A stretch of 64,000 bases of DNA from positions 28,151-92,150 of the forward strand of contig CAWKCS010000025.1 in the NCBI GenBank assembly GCA_963848165.1, written 5' to 3'. This document shows, one piece after another, positions 59,587 to 64,000 of the stretch; position 1 is the first letter of the stretch; every line of letters begins with the position of its first letter. Origin of the DNA: an uncultured delta proteobacterium (GTDB lineage: Bacteria > Desulfobacterota > Desulfobacteria > Desulfobacterales > B30-G6). A program made the position numbers and the translations under genes. Below the pieces are notes generated by a model that did no database searches, had not been told where the DNA came from, and saw only the letters and a list, made by a program, of their open reading frames with translations.

Positions 59587-60486
59587 TTATTGTATCCCCT
59601 CGGGAGTAAAGCGTAATCCCATTTGAACATATGGCTCGGAAACCGATTTGGGGTGAGGATCCACGGGATCCGATTTCATAACTGCACGAAAAGCCGATTC
59701 ATCAAAATGGCTGTTCCCGGATCGATCGGTAAAAAAGAGATCTTTTATCTCCCCATTGGGCATCACCTTAAATACGATCAGTGTCTGCAAATCAGATCGG
59801 CCCTCGGCTAGTTGCTCGGGGAAGGCCCAATTTTGCTGTACTTTATAGGCAATTTCCACACGATAGATATCAACAATCTCCGCCAGCTTTCCACCACTGA
59901 CCTCACCATTTCCCCCAAGGCTTTTGGATTCAGGCACTTTGACCGCACTTTCCTTGGATGGCGCCCTGTCTTTTTCCTGGTCAACCTTGGCCTGGATCTC
60001 ATCAATGGCTTTGGCAATTCGATCCGACGTGGATGTCTCGATCTTTTTTTCCAGTTTTTGTAGGGTGCTCTTTTTGACCTTTTCCGCTTTATAGGTCTCC
60101 TTTTTCAATGATACCTTTTTTTTGACCGGTTTGGGAGCATCGGACGGTTCGGCCGCCGGCTCTATCTTGACGGTTACACGTTTCTTGCTTGTTTTTTTTG
60201 GCCCTGAAGACGATGGTTTCGCAACCGGCTTGCTCGGTCCGACATATTCCGGAAGAGAAACCAGGCTGACGTTCATGATGATGGGTGCGGGTTGGCGTTT
60301 GGGTTTATGGGTCTGCGCGTAAATCAATAGCGAGAAAATGATACAATGGCAGATCAGGGAAACTGTAAAAGCGATCATGACCAGGCGGTTTTCGTTACCC
60401 CCGCCGTAAAGCGTGACCAGGGATACCGAATTCTTTGGATGGGGTGCCCTATGGTTGTTTTTTACGGTCATTTTCAGTGTCATCAA
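59587..60486 (-). CDS. tolA: TolA/TonB-family energy transducer (C-terminal TonB_C-like domain)
   Basis: It has an N-terminal TM segment (…MIAFTVSLICHCIIFSLLIY…), a Pro/Lys-rich linker and a C-terminal …YRVEIAYKVQQNWAFP… domain, positioned between tolR and tolB. The true start is probably the ATG at 60378. Confidence 0.75.
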   Translation of the reverse strand: MMTLKMTVKNNHRAPHPKNSVSLVTLYGGGNENRLVMIAFTVSLICHCIIFSLLIYAQTHKPKRQPAPIIMNVSLVSLPEYVGPSKPVAKPSSSGPKKTSKKRVTVKIEPAAEPSDAPKPVKKKVSLKKETYKAEKVKKSTLQKLEKKIETSTSDRIAKAIDEIQAKVDQEKDRAPSKESAVKVPESKSLGGNGEVSGGKLAEIVDIYRVEIAYKVQQNWAFPEQLAEGRSDLQTLIVFKVMPNGEIKDLFFTDRSGNSHFDESAFRAVMKSDPVDPHPKSVSEPYVQMGLRFTPEGIQ

Positions 60487-60883
60487 CAGGATCTGTTATC
60501 ATTCCCAGTTTTTCGATCCCGGCGCCTTTTATCTCCGACATGACATAGACAACCATGCCGTAGGCCACTGTCTTGTCTGCACGCAGGTAGATCTCGTCGG
60601 CTTTCTGATTCTTCGTGATCTGCATCAATTTTTCCTTGAGGTTCTCACTGCCGACATGAAAGTCGTTAATGTATACCTGATTGTTTTTATCGATGGTTAC
60701 AACCAGCTGTTCCTGCAACGATTCCAGAGGTTTGGAGGTTGCTTCCGGCAAGGACACGTCAACCCCCTGAATCATCATGGGGGCCGTCACCATGAAGATG
60801 ATCAACAAAACCAGCATGACGTCCACAAAGGGTGTCACGTTGATTTCCGACATCAACCGGTCATCATTTCCACCCAGGGTCAT
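60449..60883 (-). CDS. tolR: biopolymer transport protein TolR/ExbD
   Basis: …MSEINVTPFVDVMLVLLIIFMVTAP… is typical ExbD/TolR. Confidence 0.9.
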   Translation of the reverse strand: MTLGGNDDRLMSEINVTPFVDVMLVLLIIFMVTAPMMIQGVDVSLPEATSKPLESLQEQLVVTIDKNNQVYINDFHVGSENLKEKLMQITKNQKADEIYLRADKTVAYGMVVYVMSEIKGAGIEKLGMITDPVDDTENDRKKQP

Positions 60884-61605
60884 CGTCGCCCCCTTTCCAT
60901 CAATAAAATATCCCGTTCGATGATGTTGAGAAAATCGGCGGAGAAGCTGTTCAATTCGGATTCCAGAATCTTGATTTTCTGCATAAAATAGTTAAAGGCG
61001 ATCACCGCCGGTATGGCAACCGCCAGCCCTGCAGCTGTCGCTACCAAGGCCTCGGATATCCCAGGCGCCACCACTGCCAGGCTGGCAGACCCCCGCAGGC
61101 CGATGCCGTGAAACGAATTCATGATCCCCCAAACCGTACCGAACAAGCCGATAAAGGGGGTGGTGTTGCCGGTTGTCGCTAAAAAGGGCACCATTTGCGT
61201 CATTCTTGTGGTCTCGGTGTTGATGGCTCGTCGCAATGACCGTTTGATATTGTCCATTCCTGCAAATCGAGCACCCAAGCCCGAGGATCTATCCGGTCGG
61301 TCATCGCCACCTTCCGAAACCCCGCTCTGGCTGATCTTTTTCAACTCCACATATCCTATCCGGAATATACGCGCGATGGGACTTCCCTCAAGTTCTTTAG
61401 CCTGCCGGTAAGCATTTGAAAGATCTTTGCTTTTCCAGAACAACTCCGTAAAAACAGCTGATTCCTGATAGGCCCTCTTGATATACCGGAATTTTATTAA
61501 TATGATCGCCCAGGATGTAATCGAAAAAAAGAGCAGCAGCAGCAGCACAAACTGCACCATCAATCCAGCGTTGCTGATCATGTTGATCAAGTTAATCTGT
61601 TGCAT
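60880..61605 (-). CDS. tolQ: Tol-Pal system protein TolQ (MotA/TolQ/ExbB channel)
   Basis: 241 aa (…FLATTGNTTPFIGLFGTVWGIMNSF…). Confidence 0.92.
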   Translation of the reverse strand: MQQINLINMISNAGLMVQFVLLLLLFFSITSWAIILIKFRYIKRAYQESAVFTELFWKSKDLSNAYRQAKELEGSPIARIFRIGYVELKKISQSGVSEGGDDRPDRSSGLGARFAGMDNIKRSLRRAINTETTRMTQMVPFLATTGNTTPFIGLFGTVWGIMNSFHGIGLRGSASLAVVAPGISEALVATAAGLAVAIPAVIAFNYFMQKIKILESELNSFSADFLNIIERDILLMERGRR

Positions 61606-61726
61606 CGTCGTTTCGCTCCACGTTTTAGATGTCGATAATTAGCCTTAATTAGAATTAATTATAAATCTGTTCAGTAATATACGAGCATGGTTAATGTGTC
61701 AAGAATTTTGAGCGGAGGAAAACTGA

Positions 61727-62281
61727 ATGAAAGACATCGCCAATCTCTTGTTTGAGGCGGCCCACTTGAAAAGAACACCCAGATCCGGTTTTAACTTCCT
61801 GGGTGCCGGCAGGGAGTCCGTTGCCGAGCATACTTTCTGTACCCTGTTTATCGCCTGGGTCATGACCCGGATGGAACCGGGGGTCGATGCCTTGCGCCTG
61901 ATAAGCATGTGCCTGGTGCACGACCTGCCGGAATCGCGCATGGGAGATATTAACTATGTCCAGAAACAGTACGTGACAGCTGATGAAAACTCGGCCATGA
62001 ATCATATGGGCGGTGATACATCGCTGGGGTCCGACATCTCGGATCTGGTACATGAATTCAACAAGGCAGAGACACGGGAAGCATGTTTGGCCAAAGATGC
62101 AGACCAGATCTCCCTGGTCATCGAATTGAAGACACTCGCAGATATCGGGTTTAAACCACCCCTTAAATGGCTGCCATATGTCCTGAAGAGACTTCAGACC
62201 GATACCGGAAAACAGATTGCCGAAGCCATCGCTCAAACCGATTGGGATACTTGGTGGCTCAAGAATTATGTTGACAGATAG
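61727..62281 (+). CDS. HD-domain phosphohydrolase (YfbR-like 5'-nucleotidase type)
   Basis: 184 aa (…LKRTPRSGF… …ESVAEHTF… …CLVHDLPESRMGDIN…). The overlapping minus-strand ORF 61691..62356 is rejected. Confidence 0.8.
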   Translation: MKDIANLLFEAAHLKRTPRSGFNFLGAGRESVAEHTFCTLFIAWVMTRMEPGVDALRLISMCLVHDLPESRMGDINYVQKQYVTADENSAMNHMGGDTSLGSDISDLVHEFNKAETREACLAKDADQISLVIELKTLADIGFKPPLKWLPYVLKRLQTDTGKQIAEAIAQTDWDTWWLKNYVDR

Positions 62282-62471
62282 GCGCGAACTCATTAAAAAT
62301 TTGTTTTCTCCCAACTGGATGGAAAAAAAAGGTTTGATCGTTTTACATACATCCAACCAAAACTCATTTGCGTATAGCTTTTGAGCATTTCACTTGGCCC
62401 CTCGGACCCTTGAATCCTCGACCCCTTGGATCCTTTTTTGGGGCTAAGGTTATTATTTTCTGGAGGCATAC

Positions 62472-63113
62472 ATGCAATGGATCGGTAATTTTTTTGGGTC
62501 ATCTATGGGGAAAAAGCTGTTAATGGCCCTGACGGGCTGTTGTTTCATCGGTTTCCTGTCTGCTCACCTTGCAGGCAACCTGACCTTGTACGGCGGCGGA
62601 GAAATGTTCAATTCCTATGCCGAACACCTTCATGGATTCGGTCCGCTTGTCACCCTGGCCGAGTGGGGACTCCTGGCACTGGCCCTTGTTCATATCACCA
62701 CCGGAACCATCCTGTTTTTCCAGAATCTCATGGCCCGACCACAGCGCTACCACATGAACAAATGGGCCGGTGGACGCACGATCAGCTCTGCAACCATGCC
62801 GTATACCGGTTTTGTCATTCTTGGGTTCGTTATTTTTCACCTGTTGAATTTTCATTTTGTCGACAAATCGACCACCACCATATACGAGATTGTGGTGAAC
62901 GCTTTTCAGAGCACCCCTTATGTCATTCTTTACATTGCGGCCATGATCATCGTTGCGCTGCATATCCGTCATGGTTTCTGGAGCCTGTTCCAGACGCTGG
63001 GCGCCAATCACCCCAAATATATGCCTCTGATCATGGGGGCCAGTATCGTATTGAGTCTGCTTTTCGGATTCGGATTCGGCTACCTCCCGATATTTCTTTC
63101 ATTTTCGGGATAA
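62472..63113 (+). CDS. sdhC: succinate dehydrogenase/fumarate reductase cytochrome b subunit (b558-type, single membrane anchor)
   Basis: 213 aa with about five TM helices and conserved His residues, immediately upstream of the flavoprotein subunit. Confidence 0.8.
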   Translation: MQWIGNFFGSSMGKKLLMALTGCCFIGFLSAHLAGNLTLYGGGEMFNSYAEHLHGFGPLVTLAEWGLLALALVHITTGTILFFQNLMARPQRYHMNKWAGGRTISSATMPYTGFVILGFVIFHLLNFHFVDKSTTTIYEIVVNAFQSTPYVILYIAAMIIVALHIRHGFWSLFQTLGANHPKYMPLIMGASIVLSLLFGFGFGYLPIFLSFSG

Positions 63114-63124
63114 GGAGGATTTTT

Positions 63125-64000
63125 ATGCAGTTGGATGCACACATACCTGGTGGCCCGCTGGCCGATAAATGGGACAAGCATCGTTTCGACCTGAAGCTGG
63201 TAAACCCGGCCAACAAGAGAAAATTCAGCATTATTGTCGTCGGCACGGGTCTGGCAGGCGGTGCTGCCGCGGCCTCTCTGGCGGAGCTTGGCTATTTTGT
63301 GAAAAACTTTTGTATCCAGGACTCCCCGCGGAGAGCCCACAGCATCGCGGCCCAGGGCGGTATCAACGCAGCCAAGAACTACCAGAATGAAGGCGATAGT
63401 ATCCGGCGTCTTTTTTACGACACCATCAAGGGGGGTGATTTTCGATCCAGGGAGGCAAACGTCTATCGCCTGGCCCAGATCAGTAATGCCATCATCGACC
63501 AGTGCGTCGCTCAAGGGGTCCCTTTTGCACGGGACTACGGCGGATTGCTGGCCAACCGATCCTTTGGCGGGGCACAGGTTTCACGGACTTTTTACGCCAG
63601 AGGTCAAACAGGTCAACAGCTGCTGTTGGGTGCATACAGTGCCCTCATGCGCCAGGTCTCTACCGGGCGGGTGACCATGTTCCCCCGTCAGGAAATGCTG
63701 GATGTGGTTATCGCCCATGGCCAGGCACGGGGCATCATCTCCCGGAACCTCATCACCGGGGATATCGAACGTCATGTTGCGGATGCCGTGGTGCTTTGTA
63801 CCGGCGGCTACGGAAACGTTTACTTTCTATCGACCAATGCCATGGCCAGTAATGTATCGGCCGCCTTCCGTGCCTATAAGAAAGGGGCTTGTTTCGCCAA
63901 CCCCTGTTTCACACAGATCCACCCCACCTGCATACCGGTGCATGGCACCTACCAGTCCAAACTGACGCTCATGAGCGAGAGCCTTCGAAACGATGGACGG
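63125..64000 (+). CDS. sdhA: succinate dehydrogenase/fumarate reductase flavoprotein subunit, 5' part (runs off window)
   Basis: AAGGAGG lies 7 nt upstream of the ATG at 63125. My translation is [52 protein letters not shown]…[14 protein letters not shown]…, a FAD-binding fold with the covalent-FAD His region. The frame stays open to the window end. Confidence 0.9.
   Translation, partial: MQLDAHIPGGPLADKWDKHRFDLKLVNPANKRKFSIIVVGTGLAGGAAAASLAELGYFVKNFCIQDSPRRAHSIAAQGGINAAKNYQNEGDSIRRLFYDTIKGGDFRSREANVYRLAQISNAIIDQCVAQGVPFARDYGGLLANRSFGGAQVSRTFYARGQTGQQLLLGAYSALMRQVSTGRVTMFPRQEMLDVVIAHGQARGIISRNLITGDIERHVADAVVLCTGGYGNVYFLSTNAMASNVSAAFRAYKKGACFANPCFTQIHPTCIPVHGTYQSKLTLMSESLRNDGR

Noticed and set aside
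61691-62356. 221-aa minus-strand ORF overlapping the HD-domain gene
   Set aside because: The + strand ORF shows clear HD-phosphohydrolase motifs (H…HD…D). The minus-strand translation has no recognisable features and fully overlaps it.

Overview
Identification is by eye from the supplied ORF translations and my own reading of both strands; nothing was searched or computed by tool. The window looks like a chromosome segment from a Desulfobacterales-like Deltaproteobacterium, which is an inference from gene content only.

(1) 1-22.1 kb, all on the minus strand, is the conserved translation/transcription supercluster. Read 5'->3' it is: tRNA-Thr/Tyr/Gly/Thr, tuf, rpmG, tRNA-Trp, secE, nusG, rplK-rplA-rplJ-rplL, rpoB-rpoC, rpsL-rpsG, a second tuf with no fusA, then the S10 operon from rpsJ to rpsQ and the first codons of rplN.

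(2) 22.1-25 kb holds a 0.78 kb ORF-free AT-rich spacer and an MltD-like lytic transglycosylase/3xLysM gene that is split over three reading frames.

(3) 25-44 kb is an accessory mosaic:
- an IS1380-type transposase fragment fused to a 578-bp duplicate of the 3' end of a dcyD-like gene
- a polyphosphate island: sixA-like, CHAD protein, orphan ParA-type ATPase, ppk1, CYTH remnant, metallophosphoesterase, two tandem ppk2 genes and extremely Lys-rich mini-ORFs
- a 105-bp direct repeat bracketing 6.3 kb
- an Lrp / amino-acid (opine-family) ABC transporter / opine dehydrogenase / saccharopine dehydrogenase cluster

(4) 44-50 kb is a YejBEF/Opp-like peptide ABC importer without a binding protein, plus an M24 peptidase.

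(5) 50-64 kb carries rpsI-rplM, an EEP-family protein, bactofilin, ruvCAB, tol-pal (tolQ, tolR, tolA-like, tolB, pal, ybgF), an HD-domain protein and the start of an sdh/frd operon.

The most interesting candidate is the ParA-type ATPase translationally coupled to a CHAD protein next to ppk1. Together with the Lys-rich mini-proteins it may form a polyphosphate-granule positioning module.

Caveat: at least five genes, including essential rplB, carry single-nucleotide frame disruptions. Three of them (rplB, ppk1, the MltD-like gene) look like one extra base in a short run. Pseudogene calls may therefore reflect sequence errors. Several families of structured intergenic repeats are also present.
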